Virus record (IMG/VR): IMGVR_UViG_3300027813_000031
Span: 1-37,358 of that record
DNA length: 37,358 nucleotides
Source: a virus
Lineage: Duplodnaviria; Caudoviricetes
Reading direction: 5' to 3' (one strand)
The notes under the pieces were generated by a model, which did no database searches, was not told the origin of the DNA, and saw only the letters and a list, made by a program, of their open reading frames with translations. A program made the translations under genes and the position numbers. Below are positions 25,072-36,332 of this stretch, piece by piece. Position 1 is the first letter of the stretch. Each line of letters begins with the position of its first letter.

Positions 25072-25740
25072 ATGAATATTATAGGACTGGTCGGATTGAT
25101 TGGCTCAGGAAAAGATACTGTAGCTAATATGTTTGTTCAAAATCACGGTTGTGTGCAAGACAGTTTTGCATCGCCACTGAAAGATTTATGTTCAAGTATT
25201 TTTGGATGGGACAGATATTTACTAGCAGGCGATACTGTTGAGAGCAGAGACTTTAGAGAAACTCCAGATTTATATTGGACTAAAAAATTAAAAATAGATA
25301 ATTTCACTCCCCGCCTGGCATTACAGCTCATGGGCACAGAAGTACTCCGCAATCATTTTCATGAAGACATTTGGCTTAACAGTTTAGAATACAGACTGAG
25401 AAAGCGCCATACAGAACAACCTTGTGTAGTTGTAAGTGATGCAAGATTCCGCAACGAATTGTCGTTAGTTAAATCAATGAACGGTTTTGTTATTTGGGTT
25501 CAGCGAGGTGAGCTACCAGACTGGTACGACATTGCAAAGACGGCACAAGAAAATGCTGTAAATAGAAAGATTATGCAAACTCGTTACAAAAGTATACACG
25601 AAAGTGAATGGAACTGGGCAGGATTTCCAGTAGATTATATAGTAACTAATAACGGAACATTAGACAACCTCACACAACAAGTTGCTAAAATTCGCTTAGA
25701 TATTGATTCAAACCAGCCTACACGCCTTTACAGCGTCTGA
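25072..25740 (+). CDS. Deoxynucleoside monophosphate kinase (T4 gp1-like)
   Basis: P-loop GLIGSGKDT, SFASPLKD, TPRLALQLMGTE..R, VVSDARF.NE, HESE. Confidence 0.9.
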   Translation: MNIIGLVGLIGSGKDTVANMFVQNHGCVQDSFASPLKDLCSSIFGWDRYLLAGDTVESRDFRETPDLYWTKKLKIDNFTPRLALQLMGTEVLRNHFHEDIWLNSLEYRLRKRHTEQPCVVVSDARFRNELSLVKSMNGFVIWVQRGELPDWYDIAKTAQENAVNRKIMQTRYKSIHESEWNWAGFPVDYIVTNNGTLDNLTQQVAKIRLDIDSNQPTRLYSV

Positions 25741-25812
25741 AGGCCTATTTATCTAGAACCCCTCTTACTACAACACCCAATATTCTATAATACCGCCTAA
25801 TACCTGTTTTAT

Positions 25813-25820
25813 CATAAATA
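25813..25820 (+). promoter_or_regulatory. Late promoter CATAAATA
   Basis: CATAAATA-catgt-A upstream of the tail sheath gene. Confidence 0.65.
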
Positions 25821-25861
25821 CATGTATCCATAACAAATTATAATATAAATGGGAGAACAAT

Positions 25862-28681
25862 ATGGCTACATTAACCTCACCTGGAGTTAGCATTACCGTA
25901 ACAGACGAAAGTTTTTACGCGGCGGCTGGCACAGGCACAGTACCTCTTATTGTTATTGCTACAGCAGAAAATAAAACCGGCCCGGATGGTTCTACTACTG
26001 CTTCATATACGACTCAAGCAAACACTGGAAACGTATATTTAGTCAATAGCCAAAGAGAATTACTAACAAATTACGGTAATCCAAACTTTAGAACAAGTGG
26101 CGGAACACCTTTACACGGAGACGAACTTAACGAGTATGGTCTACAAGCGGCTTACAGTTTCTTAGGAATTGCTAATAGAGCATACGTCCTTAGAGCTGAC
26201 ATCGACTTGTCAGAGCTTTCTGGTTCAACTACTGCTCCAACAAACAGGCCTGCTAACGGTACATACTGGTTAGACACGAGTGCAACAACTTGGGGTCTTA
26301 AAGAATGGAGCGGAAGTGCATGGGTACTTAAACCAACTTTATCACCAAACAAAGATCAAGTAACTTCAGAAGCCGCACCGGCACCTAAGCCTGCTATCGG
26401 CGTTGATGGGCAATATGCGGCAGTATATCAGACAAGTGCTGGTGTTACTATGGCAAGCATTAAACTTTTTGAAAAAGTTTCAGGCTCATGGCATGAGATT
26501 GGTAGTACAGCATGGGATTCAGCCACAAGTGGCGACTTCCAAATTGCTAGACATACTAATGTTCCAACTACTAAAAGTGGTGGCGGATCATTAGCAACAG
26601 GTGATATATACTTGCAAACGAACACATTAAACGGTGGCTCAGTTGTTGGTATAAAACTTTATAGCACAACAACAACAGCTTGGTCAAGCCAAACTGCTTC
26701 TTACAGACAGTATTCACATGAAGCATTTACTGATTTCAGTGGCGCTCCAGCAGTTGGATCTTTATGGTACAAGTACGATACAGGTTCAGCAGTAGTTAAA
26801 CTCAAGAGACACACTGGTGCCTCTGTATTAACTATAGCAAGCTCGGCGGCAATTGCTGATACAACAACAACATATACAGGCCATACAAATGGTACAACTG
26901 CACTTAAACTTAACATTAACGACAGATTTGCTGTTAATGGTAATAGTGGATATGTTAATGTAACTATGTATAACTTTGACAGTGATGGCGATGGTAATCT
27001 AAGTGTTGACAACATGGTACAAGCAATTAACTCAGCATTGAGTAGTGCAAGTGCTACTTTAACTCACTCAGATAAGATAGCATGTTCAAATGTTTCTGGA
27101 AAAGTCACACTAGTTAATAGTGCTGGCACAGACATTAATATTGTTGCTGGTGACGTTGCAGGCTTTAATGCGGCAGATTTAAATCTACTAGAAACTAACA
27201 GTAACTGGGAAGATTTAAGCTTCACATCATCTTCAGCGGCGCCTGTTGGCATTTTAGCAGATGGTACATTGTGGTATGATAACTTAGTTGATAATACTAA
27301 TATTGATATTGTTTATAAAGGTGCAGATAGCAAATGGAATTCATATGCATTTGATATTAACATTGCGGCAACAGAGCCAACAATACAAAGTGACAAAGGT
27401 TCACTAGTAACTGGCGACTTATGGGTTGACAGCAGTGACTTAGAAAACTATCCTACTATTTACAAGTATAACTCAGCTTTAGCGGCAGGGTCTAGATGGG
27501 TATTAGTAGATAATACAGATAAAATAACTGGCGACGGTATTATATTTGCAGACATGAGAAGTGCTATAACACAGGGCGCCGAGGTTGCAATGGACAGTGA
27601 TTGTCCTTTACCATCAATATATCCTTTAGGGATATTAGGTTGGAACAAGCGTCTATCAGGTGGTAATGTTAAGAAATATTCAACAACTAACGCTAGATGG
27701 GAAGATAATTCCGGTAACTTTGAAGGCGGTGCACCTAAAATGCTTAGAAAAGCACAAAGGGGTGCTGTTGTTACAGCATTACAGGCATCTATAACTTCGA
27801 ACCAAGACATTAGAAATGAAACTAATAGATTCAATCTAATTGCATGTCCTGGTTATGCAGAAGCATTAGACGAAATGTTAACACTAAACACTGATCGTAA
27901 GGAAACAGCATTTGTTATTGCAGACGCTCCTTTAGGATTAGCAAGTGATTCAACTTCAACTCAAGCATGGTCTAGTAACTCAGCAGTTGCAACAGCAAAT
28001 GGTGAAGACGGACTAGTAAGTGGTTCAGCCTACGCGGCAGTTTACTATCCACATGGAATGTCAACAAACTTAGACGGAACTAATATTGTTGTTCCTTCTA
28101 GTACAATTGCTTTACGCACAATTGCGTATAACGATCAGGTTGCTTTCCCTTGGTTTGCTCCAGCTGGTTTCCAAAGAGGTGTTGTTAGTAACGCTACTTC
28201 AACTGGTTACGTTGATAGAAAAACAGGTTCATTTAAAGCAGTTGCATTGAATGAAGGTCAAAGAGATAGCTTGTATAGTAATAGAGTTAACCCAATTGCT
28301 AACTTCCCTGGAAAAGGAATTAGTGTATTTGGACAAAAGACTTTAAGTCCTACAGCAAGTGCTTTAGACAGAGTTAATGTTGCACGTTTAGTTGTTTACA
28401 TAAGAGAAAGACTTGACGATTTAGTTAAGCCATTCTTGTTTGAACCAAACGATGCGTCAACAAGAGCAGATGCAAAAGCAATAGTAGATAGATTCTTATC
28501 AAATCTTGTTACTCAAAGAGGTTTATTTGACTTTGTTACAGTTTGTGACCAAACAAATAACACGTCTGAGAGAGTTGATAGAAATGAATTGCATATTGAT
28601 ATAGCTATACAGCCTATCAAAGCAATTGAGTTTATTTACATTCCGATCAGAGTACAAAATACTCTTGGTTCGACTGCATAA
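25862..28681 (+). CDS. gp18: Contractile tail sheath protein
   Basis: L.SPGV...V.DES, WFAPAGFQRG, RD.LY.NRVNPI..FPG.G..VFGQKT, ALDRVNVARL, FEPND..TR, VCD.TNNT..R.DRNEL.IDI.I.P.KAIEFIYIP. Confidence 0.95.
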   Translation: MATLTSPGVSITVTDESFYAAAGTGTVPLIVIATAENKTGPDGSTTASYTTQANTGNVYLVNSQRELLTNYGNPNFRTSGGTPLHGDELNEYGLQAAYSFLGIANRAYVLRADIDLSELSGSTTAPTNRPANGTYWLDTSATTWGLKEWSGSAWVLKPTLSPNKDQVTSEAAPAPKPAIGVDGQYAAVYQTSAGVTMASIKLFEKVSGSWHEIGSTAWDSATSGDFQIARHTNVPTTKSGGGSLATGDIYLQTNTLNGGSVVGIKLYSTTTTAWSSQTASYRQYSHEAFTDFSGAPAVGSLWYKYDTGSAVVKLKRHTGASVLTIASSAAIADTTTTYTGHTNGTTALKLNINDRFAVNGNSGYVNVTMYNFDSDGDGNLSVDNMVQAINSALSSASATLTHSDKIACSNVSGKVTLVNSAGTDINIVAGDVAGFNAADLNLLETNSNWEDLSFTSSSAAPVGILADGTLWYDNLVDNTNIDIVYKGADSKWNSYAFDINIAATEPTIQSDKGSLVTGDLWVDSSDLENYPTIYKYNSALAAGSRWVLVDNTDKITGDGIIFADMRSAITQGAEVAMDSDCPLPSIYPLGILGWNKRLSGGNVKKYSTTNARWEDNSGNFEGGAPKMLRKAQRGAVVTALQASITSNQDIRNETNRFNLIACPGYAEALDEMLTLNTDRKETAFVIADAPLGLASDSTSTQAWSSNSAVATANGEDGLVSGSAYAAVYYPHGMSTNLDGTNIVVPSSTIALRTIAYNDQVAFPWFAPAGFQRGVVSNATSTGYVDRKTGSFKAVALNEGQRDSLYSNRVNPIANFPGKGISVFGQKTLSPTASALDRVNVARLVVYIRERLDDLVKPFLFEPNDASTRADAKAIVDRFLSNLVTQRGLFDFVTVCDQTNNTSERVDRNELHIDIAIQPIKAIEFIYIPIRVQNTLGSTA

Positions 28682-28705
28682 GTTAAACTTTACAGTAAAA
28701 ACACT

Positions 28706-28731
28706 AAAAGGTGCCTATGGCACCTTTTTTT
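28706..28731 (+). terminator. Intrinsic terminator
   Basis: A4-GGTGCC-TAT-GGCACC-T7. Confidence 0.85.
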
Positions 28732-28772
28732 GTGGTTATAATAACATACTTTAACTATATTTTGCAAAAAGT

Positions 28773-28780
28773 GATAAATA
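28773..28780 (+). promoter_or_regulatory. Late promoter GATAAATA
   Basis: GATAAATA-tttgc-A upstream of the tail tube gene. Confidence 0.65.
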
Positions 28781-28841
28781 TTTGCATATAAACGATAATC
28801 GTTATGATGTCGTTATGAATTATTAACGTAGGAGAAATACA

Positions 28842-29459
28842 ATGGCATTAGAAGCTATACCAACATTAAATAAGTTCGGAGTACCAACAGGCGACAGTAC
28901 TACCGGAACTGGCATATTGATGCCAAAACTAAAGTATCGTTTCAGGGTAACATTTTTTGAAGGCTTTGGTGGTGCAGTTGCAGGTGATAATTTAGTTATT
29001 ACTCAAAACGTACAATCAGTTGAAAGACCAAAATTAACCCATGAAGAAATTGTTATCGATTCTTATAACAGTAGAACATACGTCCAAGGTAAGCATACTT
29101 GGGAAGCTATTACTGTTACTGTAAGGGATGACATGACTAACGGTACTTCTAAAGCAATCGGTAGACAGTTGCAAAGACAGTTCAACCATTTCCAACAAAC
29201 AACTCCAGCCGCAGGTTCAGACTATAAGTTCCAAACAGCGATTGAAGTGTTAGATGGTAGTTCAACAGAAGCAACAGAATACTGGGTATTAGAAGGATGT
29301 TTCCTTACTAATGTTAACTATGGTGATCAAGACTATTCTGCAACAGATCCTGTTCAGATTGTAATGACTATCAAGTACGACAATGCAACTCAGTATGATG
29401 CTGATTCATCTGCATTGAGCCCAGCACCGGCAGCCGGTACTACTACTCTTAGAGCGTAG
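28842..29459 (+). CDS. gp19: Tail tube protein (T4 gp19-like)
   Basis: Follows the sheath gene. PKLKYRFRV, GKHTWE.ITVTVRDD, W.LEGCF.T.VNYG..DY....V.I..TI.YD. Confidence 0.85.
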   Translation: MALEAIPTLNKFGVPTGDSTTGTGILMPKLKYRFRVTFFEGFGGAVAGDNLVITQNVQSVERPKLTHEEIVIDSYNSRTYVQGKHTWEAITVTVRDDMTNGTSKAIGRQLQRQFNHFQQTTPAAGSDYKFQTAIEVLDGSSTEATEYWVLEGCFLTNVNYGDQDYSATDPVQIVMTIKYDNATQYDADSSALSPAPAAGTTTLRA

Positions 29460-29484
29460 TATTAGCTCTACTAGGAGTTAACAC

Positions 29485-30663
29485 ATGGCTTTAGATTTCA
29501 TAGGCGGCCTCTTCGGAGGCACCACTGAACAGAAGTTCCTATTAAGAGACTTCAGGAACGCCGCCCAGCTTACGCCCGGGGTTAATCCTCCAAGGCAGAA
29601 GTTTGAAGGCTATGTAAATTTTATCCTTAATAGAGACTTGTATGCATTTTTATACGAAGAAGGCGACAAACACGATTTTAGAAAAGAAATTAGCAGTTTA
29701 ATTAGAACTGCTGATTTACCGTCTGTTACGTTTCAAACAGAAACAAAAAACGCATATAATAAAAAGAAAATTATTAATACAGGTGTTACATACGATGCTG
29801 TTTCTATGACAGTGTTTGACACAGTAGGCAATGAGTGGTTAACTACACTTATGAAATATTTCTCTTATCACTTTATGGATCCTCGTAATTTAACACAAGG
29901 AGACAGAGATATCGGCGGCAACCTAGGTAGAGCAGGTGGCGACGAACTATATAAATTCAATTCTAATGCGGCAGGCTATAACTTAAATGCTTCATCACAA
30001 TTTTTTGAACGTATAGACTATGTATTATATCATGGCAGAAAGGGAGTACAGTACAGTATTATTAATCCTGTGATGAAAAGCTTCAAACCAGGCACCATTG
30101 ATTACTCGTCAAGTGATTTCCAGGAGTTTACATTGGATTTTGACTATGAGAAATTTACAGTATATGATAAACTTAACTTTAGTTTAGAAGCAGAGGATCT
30201 CAGTAGATTTGAAAGCATAACTCAAATAAAGGGCGACTTATTCACTGACGAAGACTTGCCTGAGGTAATGAAAGAGAGACAGTTATCAATATTAGGATCT
30301 GCGGAGAATAGCAGAGAACGTTCGCTTCAACCAAATATAGAAACCGCAACAGAAACAACAGAAGAAGAAACAACAGAAAACAACGACGCAGAAGGCGAAG
30401 TCACAGAAACAACTCCTACACCATCTACTTATGCAGGCGGCTCACTTACAGACAGGTCAGCTGGAGCAGAAGAATCGGGCGGATTCCTTAAAGATTTATT
30501 AGGTGATGTAGCCGACTCGGCATTATCAGCAGTACTTCGTGGACAAAATGTTAGAGATGCTGTGATAGGAACAGCAGTTGCAGGAGCATCGACGGCTTTA
30601 GGCGAAGCTATTGCCAACAGCGATGTTTCAGAAGATGATCAAATTGTAAGTGGAGACAACTAA
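29485..30663 (+). CDS. Tail-tube-fold baseplate/tube initiator protein (gp48/gp54-like)
   Basis: DLPSV.F.TET.N.YN.K.I..T.V.YD.V.MT..D and IDYSSSD..EFTL.FDYE resemble the tube fold. Adjacent to the tube gene. Confidence 0.55.
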   Translation: MALDFIGGLFGGTTEQKFLLRDFRNAAQLTPGVNPPRQKFEGYVNFILNRDLYAFLYEEGDKHDFRKEISSLIRTADLPSVTFQTETKNAYNKKKIINTGVTYDAVSMTVFDTVGNEWLTTLMKYFSYHFMDPRNLTQGDRDIGGNLGRAGGDELYKFNSNAAGYNLNASSQFFERIDYVLYHGRKGVQYSIINPVMKSFKPGTIDYSSSDFQEFTLDFDYEKFTVYDKLNFSLEAEDLSRFESITQIKGDLFTDEDLPEVMKERQLSILGSAENSRERSLQPNIETATETTEEETTENNDAEGEVTETTPTPSTYAGGSLTDRSAGAEESGGFLKDLLGDVADSALSAVLRGQNVRDAVIGTAVAGASTALGEAIANSDVSEDDQIVSGDN

Positions 30664-31100
30664 TGGCCTCAACGACCTTATACGATACATTCGGTAATGA
30701 CATAACGTATAAAATCGACGAAGGCACAATCAGGGCATACTTAGTGAATAGTACTATTGATTTTCCGTTACCAGAGGCCGCCTCAGATATTCTTGCAGGT
30801 TTTGTCTCTACAACAGGTTCAATAGACGGTGCGTTATATGACCAAGTAACCCAAAAGCTAATAGTTGCAGGATTTAAAAAAGCTAAAGCATTAACTATGT
30901 CGAAGGTGTTATTAGCAGTTGCTTCAGCAGAAGGTATTAATCCATTGTCATATTTTGATGACCCTGAAACAGCAATTAAATTAACACAAGACGGGTATGA
31001 TGCTATGAACAACATTAGACCTGTAGGCAACAGAGTGAGCATTACAACTGCAACTAAAAATTCAGCAAACACTAGATTCAGTAATATCATACAACCATGA
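30663..31100 (+). CDS. Hypothetical protein
   Basis: Translationally coupled on both sides (TAATG, ATGA). Confidence 0.7.
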   Translation: MASTTLYDTFGNDITYKIDEGTIRAYLVNSTIDFPLPEAASDILAGFVSTTGSIDGALYDQVTQKLIVAGFKKAKALTMSKVLLAVASAEGINPLSYFDDPETAIKLTQDGYDAMNNIRPVGNRVSITTATKNSANTRFSNIIQP

Positions 31101-31570
31101 ACGGAAAGAAATTTGCAAGCGGTGAGTACCTTGTTGAAAACCGTACCAAATATGTGGGCGGCAAGAATCCAACTTATAGAAGTAGTTGGGAATTAGCCTT
31201 TATGAAAATGTGCGATGCACATCCTAACATACTTAAATGGGCAAGTGAAAACGTTAGAATACCTTATAGAAGTCCAATGGACGGTAAGTACCACAACTAC
31301 ACTCCAGATTTTATGATACAATACACTGATAGAAGCGGACAAACAAATGTTGAGCTCATAGAAATTAAACCTAGTAATCAAACAACTATGGAAAATGCTA
31401 AGAGTTCCAGAAATCAGATACAAGTAGCTATCAATGCCGCTAAATGGACAGCGGCACAAGAGTGGTGCAAACGTAAAGGTATACGTTTTAAAGTTATTAA
31501 CGAAGATCAAATATTTCAAACAAAGAAAAAACGCAATCCAAAAAAACGCATTTCTAAAAAAAGAGTATAA
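31097..31570 (+). CDS. gp4: Head completion nuclease (T4 gp4-like, TnsA-type PD-(D/E)xK)
   Basis: KYVG....YRSSWE..FM..CD......WASE...IPY, YTPDF, IEIKP, N.AKW.AA..WC...G..FKVINE. Confidence 0.88.
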   Translation: MNGKKFASGEYLVENRTKYVGGKNPTYRSSWELAFMKMCDAHPNILKWASENVRIPYRSPMDGKYHNYTPDFMIQYTDRSGQTNVELIEIKPSNQTTMENAKSSRNQIQVAINAAKWTAAQEWCKRKGIRFKVINEDQIFQTKKKRNPKKRISKKRV

Positions 31571-31573
31571 CTT

Positions 31574-32302
31574 ATGATTTTGTGCGGAGGCGACAGTTTC
31601 AGTAAATTTTTAACCCCATTGGGACAATATACTGCTAAAGACCTTGGGGCCATGGAACAACTTGATAACATTGACGTTGCATCCGGACTAAGTGCTGTAG
31701 AATTGTTAATGGAAAGATATAATATTGCCGGAACCTCTATTGGTTGGGAGGGTGCTAGTATAGATGCTACTGCGGCCAAGACTATAAATTATATTACTAA
31801 TCATAAAGATGTAAAATTTTTATTTTTTTACCTAACAGCAAGTGTTAGAATAATGTATTCTCAAAAGACAACAGGCAATTATGAATATGCATACAAGGAT
31901 TATGACGATCCGCATTTTTTTAACACTGACGAAATCACGAATGTGCATTATCCTGATAACGAAAAAGATATAGCTTACAAGTATTTTTTATTCCAGCCTA
32001 CTTACAAAAAATATTATGATCGTTATGCATATCTAAATTTTCTAACAAATGTGTGTAAAAATCGAGGAATCAAGATTCTTTTTATTCGCACAACAGATGA
32101 TGAACTAGATACAAGTATGTTTTTAGACAATAATGATAATACTCGGATTATAAATATTAAATTACCAGCTGATTTGTATTCGGGACAACCCTCTTTGTCA
32201 AAAAGACATTCTAATCATCTTTTCCCTCAGGAACAAAAAGCATTATCAGAGCAGATTGTTGATCTGCATGGATCATTTTTATTAGACGCATTACACAAAT
32301 GA
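31574..32302 (+). CDS. Hypothetical protein (GDSF motif, SGNH-hydrolase-like)
   Basis: N-terminal CGGDSFS and C-terminal NH motif. Visibly more AT-rich than its neighbours. Confidence 0.55.
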   Translation: MILCGGDSFSKFLTPLGQYTAKDLGAMEQLDNIDVASGLSAVELLMERYNIAGTSIGWEGASIDATAAKTINYITNHKDVKFLFFYLTASVRIMYSQKTTGNYEYAYKDYDDPHFFNTDEITNVHYPDNEKDIAYKYFLFQPTYKKYYDRYAYLNFLTNVCKNRGIKILFIRTTDDELDTSMFLDNNDNTRIINIKLPADLYSGQPSLSKRHSNHLFPQEQKALSEQIVDLHGSFLLDALHK

Positions 32303-32310
32303 TATAAATA
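32303..32310 (+). promoter_or_regulatory. Late promoter TATAAATA (leaderless)
   Basis: Exact T4 late consensus, followed by gtagt-ATG. Confidence 0.75.
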
Positions 32311-32315
32311 GTAGT

Positions 32316-32801
32316 ATGACAAAGAAACTTGAAGAAGAATTTAACCTACCGCCAATGGAAGAAGCCTTAGAAGCTCAATCCCAAGAAGTCGAAACTCTTT
32401 TTGCACCTGAAATTAATATACAAACAGTAGAAGATGCAATCACAGTAAGCGAAAAAATTAATAATGCTTTAGCAGAAGTTCGCGGAATGGAGCATCATGA
32501 TAAAGAAATGGATGATATTTCAATTCAAGCAATTGAGAGTTATGAACAGTTAATGAGTCTCGGTATGAACATGACTGATATGGCGGCTGGCAGTGTATTT
32601 AACAATGCGGCAAACATGTTAAAAATTGCATTAGAGGCCAAAGACAGTAAAATTAATAGAAAATTAAAGCAAGTAGACTTAATGCTAAAAAAAGCCAGCC
32701 TTGATCACAGGGTAAACAGTAAAGATGGCGAAACAGGTTTTAGTGCCACGTCACTTAATCGCAACGAATTACTTAAAATCTTAGGCAAGAATGATAAATA
32801 A
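32316..32801 (+). CDS. Hypothetical helical protein, candidate terminase small subunit
   Basis: Size, helical character, C-terminal RNELLK.L motif and position upstream of terL. Function is an inference. Confidence 0.5.
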   Translation: MTKKLEEEFNLPPMEEALEAQSQEVETLFAPEINIQTVEDAITVSEKINNALAEVRGMEHHDKEMDDISIQAIESYEQLMSLGMNMTDMAAGSVFNNAANMLKIALEAKDSKINRKLKQVDLMLKKASLDHRVNSKDGETGFSATSLNRNELLKILGKNDK

Positions 32802-32844
32802 TAGCATAGTGGAACAATCCACGTAAATATTCAGGAGAATTAAA

Positions 32845-33189
32845 ATGGCACAGGTAAAAGGAACCGGTTCTGGTGTAAGCGAATTTGCAACAGGAACACT
32901 TATTTCAAATCACAATCTTAAAGCAGTATTAATTGACACAGGCGCAGACCTTCAAGCAGAAGACGATGCATATGGTGAAGCAGTTGAAAGAACATTAGGC
33001 GTTATCCAACCTCTAATGTATGTTATCCCTTCAGCAACCGCCGGAGTTATTCACGCAGTTGTTGACGGAAGTCAATTTGATGCGGCATCTGTTCAGGTAC
33101 AACTAAGAGCAATTGGCACACAGGTTGCTAACAGTTACGACTTTAGTGGCGCAACAGTTACTCTAGGTACAGCAATAGTTGTAAGTTAA
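32845..33189 (+). CDS. Hypothetical, probable virion structural protein
   Basis: Own late promoter (32793-32800), SD AGGAG, own terminator, Ala/Val/Gly-rich. Confidence 0.7.
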   Translation: MAQVKGTGSGVSEFATGTLISNHNLKAVLIDTGADLQAEDDAYGEAVERTLGVIQPLMYVIPSATAGVIHAVVDGSQFDAASVQVQLRAIGTQVANSYDFSGATVTLGTAIVVS

Positions 33190-33207
33190 GTTTAAATAGT
33201 TAAAGTT

Positions 33208-33234
33208 AAAAGGTACATTTATTGTGCCTTTTTT
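33208..33234 (+). terminator. Intrinsic terminator
   Basis: A4-GGTACA-TTTAT-TGTGCC-T6 (one G-U pair). Confidence 0.7.
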
Positions 33235-33277
33235 CTTGAGTCAGATGATAAATACATGTAACAGGAGATTTTCAACC

Positions 33278-33964
33278 ATGAACTTTAAAGATTTTTTAGC
33301 AGAAAGTTTAAACAAAGAATACTCTTACCGCGTTAAAATTGCGGCTGATTGTACTGCGGACCATATGGCAGTTATTGAGAAAGCCTTAGCAAAATATAAT
33401 GTAGTAAGTGTAGCAGATTTTAAACGTAAACCCATTTCAGAGAACCCAGTAGAGTTCACAAACACCAAAGGTGCTCGACTTATATCAGAAGTTTGTTCTA
33501 CTGATGTTATAATTGGGTATCCTGTTAATGCAAGAATACTTGAAGTTTGGTTAGCAGTAAGTTTAGGCATAGATGCTGATAGAGTGTTATGCTATGATGT
33601 TAAGGATCCAAGAAGATTGCAATCAGAACAAGCAGAAGCAAGAGTTGAAGCTGATAAAGACAGAAGTGTAACTGAAGAAGATGCATTACTTAACAGTGAA
33701 GACCAAGAACATTATGCAGTTGAAGAAGACGAAAGCAGAGAATATGGCTTTGGTGAAGAATATAATGCTAAGTTCTTAAAAGAACTTCAGAGAATTAAAG
33801 ATGAAAAAGGCGCTGACTACTTTAGACAGTATCCTGATAAAGATGACTTAATGGGCGACACTTTAAGACCTATATGGGACACTATAAACAATAGTGGTAA
33901 TATGGGACAAAGTGACGATACTAAAGAAGTAACAACTATTAGCCAATCAGGTGGAATACGATGA
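33278..33964 (+). CDS. Hypothetical, probable head-associated protein
   Basis: Start revised to ATG 33278 (MNFKDFLAES), after late promoter 33247-33254 and SD AGGAG. Confidence 0.75.
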   Translation: MNFKDFLAESLNKEYSYRVKIAADCTADHMAVIEKALAKYNVVSVADFKRKPISENPVEFTNTKGARLISEVCSTDVIIGYPVNARILEVWLAVSLGIDADRVLCYDVKDPRRLQSEQAEARVEADKDRSVTEEDALLNSEDQEHYAVEEDESREYGFGEEYNAKFLKELQRIKDEKGADYFRQYPDKDDLMGDTLRPIWDTINNSGNMGQSDDTKEVTTISQSGGIR

Positions 33965-34647
33965 GCAACGATCTAGATTTATGTAGAACTTTGCTTAACA
34001 TCATTGATGAGATGTACGAAGCAGACGGGATAACACCAGTCATGCCAACTACAGAAGCCCCAGTAGAAGAAGTAGAAGAAGGTAAATTACCTGCAGGACT
34101 ACAAGCATACCAGGATAAGAAGAACGGCAAGAAAGATGATGACGCTGACAAAGACGACGATAAAGAAGTCGATGAAGATAAAGATGAAGACAAAGATGAA
34201 GTTGACGAAGGTGAAGAACTACAAAAAATCATGCAACTAGCAGGATTAAAATCTATTGATGAAGCAATGAGCGATGCTTATGGTGTTGATAGTGCAGAGT
34301 CACAAGAAACAGAAGGGTCAGTAGAATTCAAGCAACATAAAAGCACCGACAAAGGTTCTTTAAGTATTGAAGCAAGTGCAGACAACATGGAAGAGTTACA
34401 AAAAATTATGCAACTAGCAGGTTTATCGCTTCCTGATTTAAATGCCCCAGCTGGTAATGAGCCAGAACAAGAAGAGTTATTGGTTAACCCAGAAACTGAG
34501 CAACCAGAAGCACCAGAAGATGATATGGTAGTTGTTTCTCCTGATAGCGGTGATGAATCACCATGTGGAAATTCTGAGCCAGACAGCAATGCTAGACAGA
34601 CTTTGGTTAATATTATCAAAGATAAGCTCCAACAACGTCTCAAGTAA
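33961..34647 (+). CDS. Acidic low-complexity protein, probable prohead core/internal protein
   Basis: D/E/K tract and duplicated EELQKIMQLAGL motif. ATGA overlap with the previous gene. Confidence 0.7.
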   Translation: MSNDLDLCRTLLNIIDEMYEADGITPVMPTTEAPVEEVEEGKLPAGLQAYQDKKNGKKDDDADKDDDKEVDEDKDEDKDEVDEGEELQKIMQLAGLKSIDEAMSDAYGVDSAESQETEGSVEFKQHKSTDKGSLSIEASADNMEELQKIMQLAGLSLPDLNAPAGNEPEQEELLVNPETEQPEAPEDDMVVVSPDSGDESPCGNSEPDSNARQTLVNIIKDKLQQRLK

Positions 34648-34659
34648 ATCCCAATACGA

Positions 34660-36296
<1,637 letters not shown>

Positions 36297-36332
36297 TATT
36301 TGATAAATAGTATTGATAAAGGAGTATTCTAA

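Noticed and set aside
25746-25753. Minus-strand GATAAATA antisense to the dNMP kinase gene
   Set aside because: Lacks the purine at the sixth downstream position seen in the other sites, and has no downstream ORF.
31097-31570. TnsA-like nuclease as a transposon or homing endonuclease
   Set aside because: Motifs and context match the T4 gp4 head completion protein.
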